Origin: Eledone cirrhosa
Lineage: Eukaryota
Assembly: GCA_964016885.1 (NCBI GenBank)
Contig: OZ024742.1
Location: 220,162,001 to 220,226,000 of the forward strand
Length of the DNA: 64,000 bases
Direction of reading: 5' to 3'
The position numbers were made by a program, and so were the translations under genes. Within the stretch, counting starts at the first letter, position 1. Each line of letters begins with the position of its first letter. Below the pieces are notes generated by a model that was not told the DNA's origin, searched no databases, and saw only the letters and a program-made list of their open reading frames with translations. Of the stretch, positions 14,236-31,407 are shown piece by piece.

Positions 14236-14774
14236 TATTGTTATACTTGGGGAGGGTCATATTTGCGTAATATTGCCAGAATTAATAACAGAACACACTC
14301 ACTGTTTGGTTGGATTTTGCTTCTCGCTGTCTTTTATTATATCTGCGATCTAACTTACTCGGTCCTCAATGTTGCCATTGACTGACCGGCTGTCAAAAAT
14401 AATACAGATACAATATAGACACAAACACATATATATATATATAGTTTACATAATTTACATAAATCTTTCGTTGCACATCTGCAACATCGTCAGTGGTGTT
14501 ATATTCATTGTTCCTCCTGTTGTGTTGTATGTCTACGCCATTTTTTATTCAGTCTGTCTATATATTTATTTATTTATTTGCTTGTTTGTTTATCTTATTT
14601 TATTTTGTCTTCTTTGCGCATGCGTTTGCGTGTGTGTATAGTGTTATGTGTGATGTGTGACTAGTGTGTATAGTGTTGTGTCTGCTGGGTGACTAGTGTG
14701 TGTTTATGTGCTTGTTGTTATTGTGCTTGTGTATGTATTTATTTATCTCATTTTATTTAATTTTATTTATTTAT

Positions 14775-17209
14775 TTATACTTCTCTTAGGTCAGTGTTGT
14801 TTGTTTGGGTGTTGTTGTTGTTCCACTCATTCTTTCTGTTTAGCTTTGGTCTTCTAATTTCTATTTCACTGGCCTCTCTGATTTGCCTATCTGCTGGGTC
14901 ATTCCTATGTTTAGATATTATTCTAATTTCTATGTTGTCTATGTTACCGTCATGTTGTTGTCTAGCATGTTCGTATAGTACTGATCCGTTTTTTTGTCCT
15001 TTTAGTTCCCCCCAGTGTTGGTCTATCCTTTCACCTATGCTACGAGCTGTCTCACCTATGTATGTTGTTGTCATGTTTCTGCAAGTACCCTCTGTACATC
15101 TTATGCTATAGACTACGTTTCTAGTTTTACAGTTTATCCGGGGGTTCACCTTACATATGATACACTTCCTATTGGTACAGTGGGTTTTCTTAAAAGGGTA
15201 GGTTTTGCTGATCAGGGATTTTATGGTGGTTCCTGGCTTTTCTACCACCTTTATTTTTAAGTGGGTCTTTCTCAGGGCCTTTCTACACTGGTTAGCTAAT
15301 TTCCCTCCAGGGGTGGCGTCCACAAACATGACACTCTGATATCTCTGGTTGTCGTACCATGATGTGGCCTTCCCTATATTATGTCTAGCCCTATCTAAGC
15401 TATTCCATGATTTGCTCCTGTATAGTGGGCAGATTCCTTTCATGTCCAGTTCTATGAGGGTCTTATACTTTTCCATGGCTCCTTCGTATACTCTGACTCT
15501 GTCTCTTTGGTTGTAGCCAGAGAACTGCATGCGGTTGATGAAGTGTTGGATGTGTCCTTCCATTTCTGTTGGGTCGCACATGCTGGACACATTCTTCATC
15601 ACTTGTACCAAATCTGCGATCAGAATATTAAACTTAGCACTACTGGACATTGCTGAGTTTTTGAGTATCAGGTATTTGGAGGCCATGGGTTTAGCATAGT
15701 GTGAGTGGAGAATTTGGGCTCTCTCGTCTGTAGTGTTAATCCAGAGTTCTGTGTCTAATACAGGTAGTCTATTGTTAGGGTGTTTGGAAGGGAAGTCTAT
15801 AGTTACAGTTATACTCTGGTGTATGGAATTAGCTATCTGCTGGATGCTTTCCATCGTGCTACGTTCTAAATCAAACTTGTTAGTGCTCTCTAGTGGGGGT
15901 GTTCTTATAACTATATTGATATCGTCTACATAACGAGAGTACATGATGAGGTCTATGGAGCTTTCATTAAGGAGATCTTTAAGTCTCCTTTCCCACCATA
16001 CCATGAAAAGGTTGGCAACATCACCAGCTATGCTGACGCCGATGGCTGCTCCCTCATTTTGGGTGTAGATTTTCTCATTGAACTTAAATATGTGGCCCTT
16101 TAGGGTAGTTTTGATACTAGCCCCTATTGCATGTGCGACCATTTTTCTTACCTGATCAGTGTTTTGGGGGGTCCGTATGGCTTTGGTCCACCCAATCCAC
16201 CTTCCTATGCGAGTCTTTTTAGCCATTGAGGTTATGGTGGGGGGTCTACCTCTTATAGGTCTACTAGGGCAGAAACATCTAAGGTCATGGCTGTCTAGGT
16301 AGTCAGTGTCGTAGGTAAGTCTAAGTAGGAGGCCCAGTTCGTCTGTGTCGACGTCGCAGAACTCCACCTCACTCTCAATGATCATCTCCACACTTCTTTT
16401 CACAGCAAAATCAATGTTAATGGATGGGTACAGTGACACTACATCCATGCTGCCTATTATGCAGTTGGATAGGCTCCTGTTTTTGTTGCACTCACTGATT
16501 CTGCTGAGGAGGTCCTCTGTACTTTCACATACATCTGGGGACATCTTGATTATGGGGCGTATAACCATTGAGAGGAAGTAGGAGATCCTGTAGTTGCTAG
16601 CTATATTAGCTCCGCATACGGGTCTTGTTGGTGGTCCTGTTGTCGGGTCGTCGACTGTCTTGTGGTCTTTGCGGAGCCCATACAAGGGTGGTATGCCATT
16701 GTTAGACGCCTGGAAGTTGTTGGCAGTGCGTCTGCTTGGCTTTAGGATGTCAGTCCACATCATGATGTGAGCGTTGAGGATTTTTTCTCTCCCATCGTGT
16801 GTTAGTTGTGCAACTTCGCTCGTGTTGGTGATGTGGGGTTGCATTGCCTCGATGTAGTTCGGCATGCTATCTATTGACATCCTACCAGACTTATCTGTGG
16901 GTAGACACACTACCTCACCATCACTTGTGCGCTGCTTGAGGCTAACCAAGCCTTCTACAGGTTTTCTCCCAAGTTGTTGGGCCTCTGGTCTGCTCTGTCT
17001 CATAGTGTACCTGTCTACTACCTGTCTAATCTTATTTCTAGCTATGGTGAACTGTGCCTCCGTCTCGTCATCTATTTGCTGTGGTATGCAAACTCTTTTA
17101 TTAAAGGGTAACCTCGTAGGATAGATATTACCCATCTTATATGTTTTGTCAGCTGGGTTGAAAAATAGTTTCTCTAAGGGGTTGTCGTTATTTCTATCGT
17201 CATAGTTGT
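14775..17209 (-). CDS. PLE reverse transcriptase plus GIY-YIG endonuclease (5'-truncated, uninterrupted)
   Basis: TDKSGR, LYGLRKDHK, RPVCG, SMDVVSLYPS, QNEGAAIG, RYVDD, LPVLD, CTNRKCIIC, NVVYSIRC..YIGET.RSIGER; the frame stays open upstream of the listed ATG up to the junction. Confidence 0.95.
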
Positions 17210-19000
17210 GTGGTTATACGCCCCATAATCAAGATGTCCCCAGATGTATGTGAAAGTACAGAGGACCTCCTCAGCAGAATCAGTGAGTGCAACAAAAACA
17301 GGAGCCTATCCAACTGCATAATAGGCAGCATGGATGTAGTGTCACTGTACCCATCCATTAACATTGATTTTGCTGTGAAAAGATGTGTGGAGATGATCAT
17401 TGAGAGTGAGGTGGAGTTCTGCGACGTCGACACAGACGAACTGGGCCTCCTACTTAGACTTACCTACGACACTGACTACCTAGACAGCCATGACCTTAGA
17501 TGTTTCTGCCCTAGTAGACCTATAAGAGGTAGACCCCCCACCATAACCTCAATGGCTAAAAAGACTCCCATAGGAAGGTGGATTGGGTGGACCAAAGCCA
17601 TACGGACCCTCCAAAACACTGATCAGGTAAGAAAAATGGTCACACATGCAATAGGGGCTAGTATCAAAACTACCCTAAAGGGCCACATATTTAAGTTCAA
17701 TGAGAAAATCTACACCCAAAATGAGGGAGCAGCCATCGGCGTCAGCATAGCTGGTGATGTTGCCAACCTTTTCATGGTATGGTGGGAAAGGAGACTTAAA
17801 GATCTCCTTAATGAAAGCTCCATAGACCTCATCATGTACTCTCGTTATGTAGACGATATCAATATAGTTATAAGAACACCCCCACTAGAGAGCACTAACA
17901 AGTTTGATTTAGAACGTAGCACGATGGAAAGCATCCAGCAGATAGCTAATTCCATACACCAGAGTATAACTGTAACTATAGACTTCCCTTCCAAACACCC
18001 TAACAATAGACTACCTGTATTAGACACAGAACTCTGGATTAACACTACAGACGAGAGAGCCCAAATTCTCCACTCACACTATGCTAAACCCATGGCCTCC
18101 AAATACCTGATACTCAAAAACTCAGCAATGTCCAGTAGTGCTAAGTTTAATATTCTGATCGCAGATTTGGTACAAGTGATGACGAATGTGTCCAGCATGT
18201 GCGACCCAACAGAAATGGAAGGACACATCCAACACTTCATCAACCGCATGCAGTTCTCTGGCTACAACCAAGGAGACAGAGTCAGAGTATACGAAGGAGC
18301 CATGGAAAAGTATAAGACCCTCATAGAACTGGACATGAAAGGAATCTGCCCACTATACAGGAGCAAATCATGGAATAGCTTAGATAGGACTAGACATAAG
18401 ATAGGGAAGGCCACATCATGGTACGACAACCAGAGATATCAGAGTGTCTTGTTTGTGGACGCCACCCCTGGAGGGAAATTAGCTAACCAGTGTAGAAAGG
18501 CCCTGAGAAAGACCCACTTAAAAATAAAGGTGGTAGAAAAGCCAGGAACCACCATAAAATCCCTGATCAGCAAAACCTACCCTTTTAAGAAAACCCACTG
18601 TACCAATAGGAAGTGTATCATATGTAAGGTGAACCCCCGGAGAAACTGTAAAACTAGAAACGTAGTCTATAGCATAAGATGTACAGAGGGTACTTGCAGA
18701 AACATGACAACAACATACATAGGTGAGACAGCTCGTAGCATAGGTGAAAGGATATACCAACTCTGGGGGGAACTAAAAGGACGAAAAAACGGGTCAGTAC
18801 TATACGAACATGCTAGACAACATGACGGTAACATAGACAACATAGAAATTAGAATAATATCTAAACATAGGAATGACCCAGCAGATAGGCAAATCAGAGA
18901 GGCCAGTGAAATAGAAATTAGAAGACCAAAGCTAAACAGAAAGAATGAGTGGAACAACAACAACACCCAAACAAACAACACTGACCTAAGAGAAGTATAA
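17210..19000 (+). CDS. Second, more truncated copy of the same PLE RT/GIY-YIG ORF
   Basis: 596 aa matching the minus-strand copy except for ~14 substitutions and one codon indel. Confidence 0.93.
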   Translation: MVIRPIIKMSPDVCESTEDLLSRISECNKNRSLSNCIIGSMDVVSLYPSINIDFAVKRCVEMIIESEVEFCDVDTDELGLLLRLTYDTDYLDSHDLRCFCPSRPIRGRPPTITSMAKKTPIGRWIGWTKAIRTLQNTDQVRKMVTHAIGASIKTTLKGHIFKFNEKIYTQNEGAAIGVSIAGDVANLFMVWWERRLKDLLNESSIDLIMYSRYVDDINIVIRTPPLESTNKFDLERSTMESIQQIANSIHQSITVTIDFPSKHPNNRLPVLDTELWINTTDERAQILHSHYAKPMASKYLILKNSAMSSSAKFNILIADLVQVMTNVSSMCDPTEMEGHIQHFINRMQFSGYNQGDRVRVYEGAMEKYKTLIELDMKGICPLYRSKSWNSLDRTRHKIGKATSWYDNQRYQSVLFVDATPGGKLANQCRKALRKTHLKIKVVEKPGTTIKSLISKTYPFKKTHCTNRKCIICKVNPRRNCKTRNVVYSIRCTEGTCRNMTTTYIGETARSIGERIYQLWGELKGRKNGSVLYEHARQHDGNIDNIEIRIISKHRNDPADRQIREASEIEIRRPKLNRKNEWNNNNTQTNNTDLREV

Positions 19001-19281
19001 ATAAGTAAATAAAATTAAATAAAATAAGATAAATAAATACATACACAAGCACAATAACAACAAGCACATAAACACACACTAGTCACCCAGCAGACACAAC
19101 ACTATACACACTAGTCACACATCACACATAACACTATACACACACGCAAACGCATGCGCAAAGAAGACAAAATAAAATAAGATAAACAAACAAGCAAATA
19201 AATAAATAAATATATAGACAAACTGAATAAAAAATGGCGTAGACATACAACACAACAGGAGGAACAATGAATATAACACCA

Positions 19282-19309
19282 CTGACGATGTTGCAAATGT
19301 GCAACGAAA
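19282..19309 (+). ncRNA. Hammerhead-like core in PLE 3' UTR (mirror copy at 14466-14493, minus strand)
   Basis: CTGACGA-t-gttgca aatg tgcaac-GAAA; stems I and III are not cleanly identifiable. Confidence 0.45.
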
Positions 19310-19663
19310 GATTTAGTAAATTATGTAAACTATATATATATATATATGTGTTTGTGTCTATATTGTATCTGTATTATTTTTGACCGCCGGTCAGTCAATG
19401 GCAACATTGAGGACCGAGTAAGTTAGATCGCAGATATAATAAAAGACAGCGAGAAGCAAAAACCAACCAAACAGTGAGTGGGTTCTGTTATTAATTCTGG
19501 CAATATTACGCAAATATGACCCTCCCCAAGTATAACAATATCTGTTTCGACACACGATTTCATATAAAAAAACCTCGCAAAACTAATTCATCGCCGCTAT
19601 ATACATATACATATACACATATATATATACATATACATATATATACATATACATATACATATA

Positions 19664-19701
<38 letters not shown>

Positions 19702-19709
19702 CATATACA

Positions 19710-19740
<31 letters not shown>

Positions 19741-19959
19741 CATATATATATATACATATACATATTGTAGATAAATCTACCAAAGTTTACTGTAGTGTCC
19801 AATCCGTATGAGAACTCAATGTAATCCGGATATCATGAAAGAAGAGATGCATTCAAAAATCACTTTCGTTAAAGATAAACGGAATACAGAGTCAAGATAA
19901 AATATTTAAAAAATAATGAATAAAACAAAGAAACAGTTCCTTATATTAAACAAAAAAAG

Positions 19960-20102
19960 TTCATTATTTAACGATCATTTCTAGGACATATATGTGTTAG
20001 AATTGACATGCATATTCAAAAGATCTATGTACAAAATTATACAAACTATCAAGGAGAATATACATACCATCACATATATATGCTGTCTTCAGAAATAATG
20101 AA
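19960..20102 (-). ncRNA. Type I hammerhead ribozyme (mirror copy)
   Basis: Reverse complement of 20407-20549; stem III reads tgatcg. Confidence 0.75.
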
Positions 20103-20406
20103 GTATATTTATTGATAATAACAACAATTCAAAATTACAGGTCTGTTTGGGAACAGATTTTAAATACACCAATGAAATACATAAAAATTCATCAGAAAAT
20201 ACAGTTAGGTGTGTGTATATATGTAAGTAACTTCGTTACTTACATATATACACACACAGCATATCTGTGAACGAAGTTACTTACATATATACACACACCT
20301 AACTGTATTTTCTTCATGAATTTTTATGTATTTCATTGGTCTATTTAAAATCTGTTCCCCAAACAGACCTGTAATTTTGAATTGTTGTTATTATCAATAA
20401 ATATAC

Positions 20407-20549
20407 TTCATTATTTCTGAAGACAGCATATATATGTGATGGTATGTATATTCTCCTTGATAGTTTGTATAATTTTGTACATAGATCTTTTGAATATGCA
20501 TGCCAATTCTAACACATATATGTCCTAGAAACGATCGTTAAATAATGAA
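20407..20549 (+). ncRNA. Type I hammerhead ribozyme with ~100-nt stem II
   Basis: ttcattattt-CTGAAGA-[long hairpin incl. atatatgtg/cacatatat and tggtatgtatattc/gaatatgcatgcca]-GAAA-cgatcg-TT-aaataatgaa: perfect 10-bp stem I and palindromic stem III. Confidence 0.82.
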
Positions 20550-20611
20550 CATTTTTTGTTTAATATAAGGAACTGTTTCTTTGTTTTATTCATTATTTTT
20601 TTTATATTTTA

Positions 20612-27067
<6,456 letters not shown>

Positions 27068-27150
27068 AATCAAAAATAAATTTAAAAAAAAAAAAAAAAT
27101 ATATATATATTGAAATACTTAACTAAAACACACACACACTCAAAACTAGA

Positions 27151-28306
27151 ATGGCTAACCAGCAAAAATCCAAACAGAACTGGTCTGATAATGAAATCGA
27201 CATTCTAATAAACACATGGCATTGCCTTTCCCAAACAGAAAATATAGATGCTTCATCTCTGAACGACATTGCTAAACGTACAGTTCAATTTTTGAAAACT
27301 CGATCTGAACAACAGATTCAAAATAAATTAAAGCAAATCGAAATTGCTTTTAAATTAATCAATAAACATTTGGATAAACTACGGTGTGTTTTCTCTTTGA
27401 ATGCTGTCCAGCAGCAGCAACAACAACAACAGCAGCTACAACAGCAACAACAACAACAACAACCAACAGCTACAACAACAACAGCAACAACAACAACAAC
27501 AACGACAACAACAGTGTGAACCACTCCTTGATTCATCAACAATGGCCGATCTACTAAATGAAACTATTGACCCCCCAGTAGCCTCTGTCTCACAGCATGA
27601 AACGCCACATCCTTTCTCTGGCCCAGCAGTCCAATCATCACCACTGCCAACATCTCTGCCTACTACTACTACTACTACTACAACATTTTTGTCTACTGCT
27701 ATGTCAAGGAATTTACCTTCTAATACCAGAACAAGAACTCTCCCTCCCACAGTCCACAAAGGTCATCAAATCCTACCCAAACCATCATCTACACCTCTCA
27801 CAACACCCACACCCACATACCCACCCACTCGAAACCCCATCATTTGCCGCTACTCTCTACGCTATAGAATATGTACGGATAGTGGCTGCAAATTCACCCA
27901 TTTACCTAGGACAAAACGATCTATCCCCACAAACAGCCACCACCATAATACATACTCAAATTTAACACCAACACAACCACCAATAACTCAAACAAGGAAT
28001 CCACAAATCTGCCGTTTTTCCCTGCGAGACAGATTGTGTTTAGACCGGGATTGTCCCTTTACCCATCTCCCGGGGACCCGTCGGATAAATGAAAATAAAA
28101 TTAAAAATAAAAGCAAAAACAAAAACCATAACCTACATAAAAATAACCACTACCACAGTCACCAACAGTCTTCTAAACAGGAAACTTCTTCCTCTTTTTT
28201 AGCCATAATGAATCTGGCAAAAGAACTGGAAAAAAACATTCGAGCTATCACCCAGCACCACCCTCCACTATCACCCCACTGCACAAACTCCCATTGCTGC
28301 CATTAA
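27151..28306 (+). CDS. LINE ORF1: Myb/SANT-like N-terminus, polyQ, two CCCH zinc fingers; one +1 frameshift at ~27463
   Basis: NWSDNEIDILINTW..RSEQQIQNKLKQI; ICRYSLRYRICTDSGCKFTHL and ICRFSLRDRLCLDRDCPFTHL. Removing one extra C in the CAA run joins ORFs 27151-27519 and 27401-28306. Confidence 0.75.
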
Positions 28307-31300
28307 CAAACAAACAAATTAACAACACACCAAAACAATTAAAACCATCCACTCTCGCCTCTACATTTTTGCTTAACGCCCAAGGCATCAGCCCTTCCAC
28401 CAATACTCAAAAATGGAAGATCAAATTCCTGGAGGACTGGATTGATGTCCATCCAAACCACATCCCTTTCTTCGTCCTCACTGAAACCCATCTCAGTAAC
28501 CTCCACTTGGAAGCCGAGGTGAAAGTGAAAAATTTCAAAGCCATCCGTGCTGATCGCGCTGGCAGAAGAAAGGGCGGAACTGCCATTTATGTCCATAATT
28601 CTTTCTCAACAGAGGCTATGAACATATTCACTAATGGATACTGTGAGGCAGTCACTGTATTCAGTCAAACCAACAACCTATTAGTAGTTGGGCTCTATAG
28701 GCCACCCCAAACGCCTGTACCATGCTTCAAGGAATGCCTCAACAGCATAAAGTGTTTCATCCAAGAGTGTCACCCTGACAACATCTTAATGATGGGGGAC
28801 TTCAACCTCCCCGGAGTTGACTGGTCCACAAACACCCTGCCACCAGGTTCTTCTGCCTCAACCTCTGACAGGGAAGCGGTGGAATCGCTTCTTGACTTCA
28901 TGGATGATTTCTTCCTATCCCAACTAGTGCTCGAACCAACGAGGTGCCACAAAAACGTCCTAGACTTAATTTTCAGCAATCACACTGACAATATCCACAA
29001 TATTGCAGTGGAGAAAACTCTACTCTCTGATCATGACATGGTTCTCTGTGATCTGAGATTCCACCGTCCAATATACAAACCCAATGTCATTTCTCCTGTC
29101 CATCCGTTTGACGCTATGGATTTCCACAATGCAAACTGGGAAGCGATCAGTCATGATCTTGCACATGTCGACTGGTCCTTCACGCACACTCATACACCCA
29201 CTAACATCAAAAAGTCCTGGCAGACTTTTGTGGACACTGTTACAAACATATGTGCTAAACACACCCCATTAAGAACTATAAACAAATCTAAGAGCAGAAT
29301 CCCTAGAAATAGAAAAACACTCATCAGAAAAATTAAGAGAACGAACAAAAAAATCAACAAGCTGAAATACTGTCAGCAGCAACACATCAACTTGACTGCC
29401 ATTTCATCACTAGAGATTAAAAAACATAACCTCCAAAACAACATAATGTCCCTCATCAACAATCAGAGAAGAGCTGAAGAGGCCTGGGCCATTGAGAAGA
29501 TCAAACTCAATCCCAAAGTGTTCTTTTCATTTGCAAAAAAACACAAAATCACTGGCTCTACTGTTGGCCCTCTAATTGATGAAAATGGCACTCTTCAAGA
29601 CAATGCTAAAACCATGGGTGAGATACTGCAGAAACAATACTGCTCTGTTTTCAGCAATCCTGATATGGCCGATCTGGGCTGTATCGGCGATGTTACTCCC
29701 CATTACACCTTATCGGACATAACGTTTGGCGCCCCTGATGTCTTGGCGGCAATAAAGGAAATCAAACATAATTCAGCAGTAGGTCCCGATAGGTTCCCTG
29801 CTTGTGTCTTGAAGGCGTGTCAACACCAACTTGCTTCTCCTCTTGCCAATCTGTGGCGGAACTCACTGGATGCTGGATATGTGCCAGAAAACCTTCTATC
29901 CCAGTCTGTTGTCCCAGTTTTCAAAAAGGGAAACAAATCCCTTGCCGTGAATTACCGTCCAATCTCACTCACCTCTCATATCATTAAGGTATTTGAGCGA
30001 GTGGTGAGATCGCGAATGACCCACTTCCTTGAGAGTAACAATATGCTGAACTCCAACCAGCATGGATTCCGTAATGGAAGGGATTGCCTGACGCAACTAC
30101 TGCATCACTTTGATGACATTTTGAGAGCCTTGGGAGAGGGTTCCAACACTGATGTTATCTACCTTGATTTCAGCAAGGCCTTTGACAGGGTTGATCATAA
30201 CATTCTACTGAGAAAGCTGTCCAATATTGGTGTCACTGGAAAGCTGCTGCAGTGGATCAAGAGCTTCCTGTCAAACAGAACCCAACATGTTGTAGTTGAG
30301 GGAGTCAAATCAAGCCCAGCCAAAGTCAGTAGTGGAGTCCCACAAGGCACTGTGTTGGGCCCACTTCTCTTCATCATCTATATTAATGACATCACTGACA
30401 TCATCAAACACAGCAACATTAAAATTTTCGCTGATGATTCCAAGCTCCAAAAGGTCATCAATGGCGTGGATGACCGGATAAGCCTTCAGTCAGACCTACT
30501 GGCTGTTACCCAATGGGCAGAAAAGAACAACATGTTACTGAACGAAGACAAATTCGAACTGATCCACTTTGGAAAAGAGGATGCTCTGAAACTCCCGTAC
30601 TCCCTTCCCTCCGGGGAAACTCTCGTGGCATCTAACAACATCAGAGACTTGGGAGTAACCGTGGACAGCAACATAAGCTGGACCACGCATATAAGCAGCA
30701 AAGTTGACATGGCCCGCAGAATGTGTTCCTGGATCCTCAGAACCTTCCAGTCGAGAGATTCCCGCACCATTATCCTTCTCTTCTCTACTTTCGCCCGACC
30801 ACACCTTGAATACTGTTGTCCACTGTGGTCTCCCCACACGAAACAAAGTATCATGAAACTTGAAGCTCCTCAAAGGGCAATCACGAAAAAGATAGATGGC
30901 ATGTCAGACCTTGACTACTGGGGTCGATTGGAAAACCTGAAACTTTACTCACTCCAACGTCGCCGTGAGCGTTATATTATCTGCATGATGTGGAAAATGT
31001 TCCATCATCACTGCCCAAATGATGTTGGCATCGCCTTCAAGATACACCCAAGGCTTGGGCCCCGTGCTATCCGTCCCATTCAAAAATCTAAATCGCAACT
31101 CATAACAACAATACGGCACAATTATTTCACCTCAATCGGCCCTGCTCTCTTCAACATCACACCAGGACACGTCAAAACAGAAACTGACCACACAAGATTC
31201 AAGAAGTCTTTGGACAAATTCCTCCAAGTAATCCCGGACAAACCACCCACACCCGGATATGTCTCCGCAAACAGTAATTCTCTTCTCGAATGGGCCATGG

Positions 31301-31314
31301 TGCCCAAATCCTGA
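28177..31314 (+). CDS. LINE ORF2: AP endonuclease plus reverse transcriptase (uninterrupted)
   Basis: LNAQG, LTETHL, YRPP, GDFN, SDH; [32 protein letters not shown]; the frame is open from 28177. Confidence 0.95.
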   Translation, partial: TGNFFLFFSHNESGKRTGKKHSSYHPAPPSTITPLHKLPLLPLTNKQINNTPKQLKPSTLASTFLLNAQGISPSTNTQKWKIKFLEDWIDVHPNHIPFFVLTETHLSNLHLEAEVKVKNFKAIRADRAGRRKGGTAIYVHNSFSTEAMNIFTNGYCEAVTVFSQTNNLLVVGLYRPPQTPVPCFKECLNSIKCFIQECHPDNILMMGDFNLPGVDWSTNTLPPGSSASTSDREAVESLLDFMDDFFLSQLVLEPTRCHKNVLDLIFSNHTDNIHNIAVEKTLLSDHDMVLCDLRFHRPIYKPNVISPVHPFDAMDFHNANWEAISHDLAHVDWSFTHTHTPTNIKKSWQTFVDTVTNICAKHTPLRTINKSKSRIPRNRKTLIRKIKRTNKKINKLKYCQQQHINLTAISSLEIKKHNLQNNIMSLINNQRRAEEAWAIEKIKLNPKVFFSFAKKHKITGSTVGPLIDENGTLQDNAKTMGEILQKQYCSVFSNPDMADLGCIGDVTPHYTLSDITFGAPDVLAAIKEIKHNSAVGPDRFPACVLKACQHQLASPLANLWRNSLDAGYVPENLLSQSVVPVFKKGNKSLAVNYRPISLTSHIIKVFERVVRSRMTHFLESNNMLNSNQHGFRNGRDCLTQLLHHFDDILRALGEGSNTDVIYLDFSKAFDRVDHNILLRKLSNIGVTGKLLQWIKSFLSNRTQHVVVEGVKSSPAKVSSGVPQGTVLGPLLFIIYINDITDIIKHSNIKIFADDSKLQKVINGVDDRISLQSDLLAVTQWAEKNNMLLNEDKFELIHFGKEDALKLPYSLPSGETLVASNNIRDLGVTVDSNISWTTHISSKVDMARRMCSWILRTFQSRDSRTIILLFSTFARPHLEYCCPLWSPHTKQSIMKLEAPQRAITKKIDGMSDLDYWGRLENLKLYSLQRRRERYIICMMWKMFHHHCPNDVGIAFKIHPRLGPRAIRPIQKSKSQLITTIRHNYFTSIGPALFNITPGHVKTETDHTRFKKSLDKFLQVIPDKPPTPGYVSANSNSLLEWAMVPKS

Positions 31315-31407
31315 ATTGAAAGACTTCGCCAGGTGGTGCTATTAAGTTAGACATGGCCTGGGCCAATACTGGCCAAAACATTTCAAAGTTACATATATAT
31401 ACATATA

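Larger units (their letters stand above)
14236..19598. mobile_element. Head-to-head fold-back Penelope-like element (~2.3-kb arms), possibly Nematis-like
   Basis: 14236-16567 is the reverse complement of 17211-19541; 16568-17210 is present only in the left copy; 19542-19598 is an extra 3' extension. Confidence 0.95.
19765..20611. mobile_element. Non-coding fold-back element (~340-bp arms) with a hammerhead in each arm
   Basis: Arms 19898-20237 and 20270-20611; unpaired outer extension 19765-19897; microsatellite on both flanks. Confidence 0.9.
27068..31390 (+). mobile_element. Near full-length CR1-type LINE
   Basis: ORF1 plus APE-RT ORF2 and a short 3' UTR, flanked by TA microsatellite. Confidence 0.92.

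Noticed and set aside
14794-17124. Short antisense or alternative-frame ORFs overlapping PLE, RTE and CR1 ORFs
   Set aside because: Shadow ORFs of transposon coding strands with no recognisable motifs.
14236-19541. Palindrome as a long-read fold-back artefact
   Set aside because: Arms differ by frame-preserving substitutions and a whole-codon indel, and similar structures recur with different divergence levels; read-level confirmation is still advisable.
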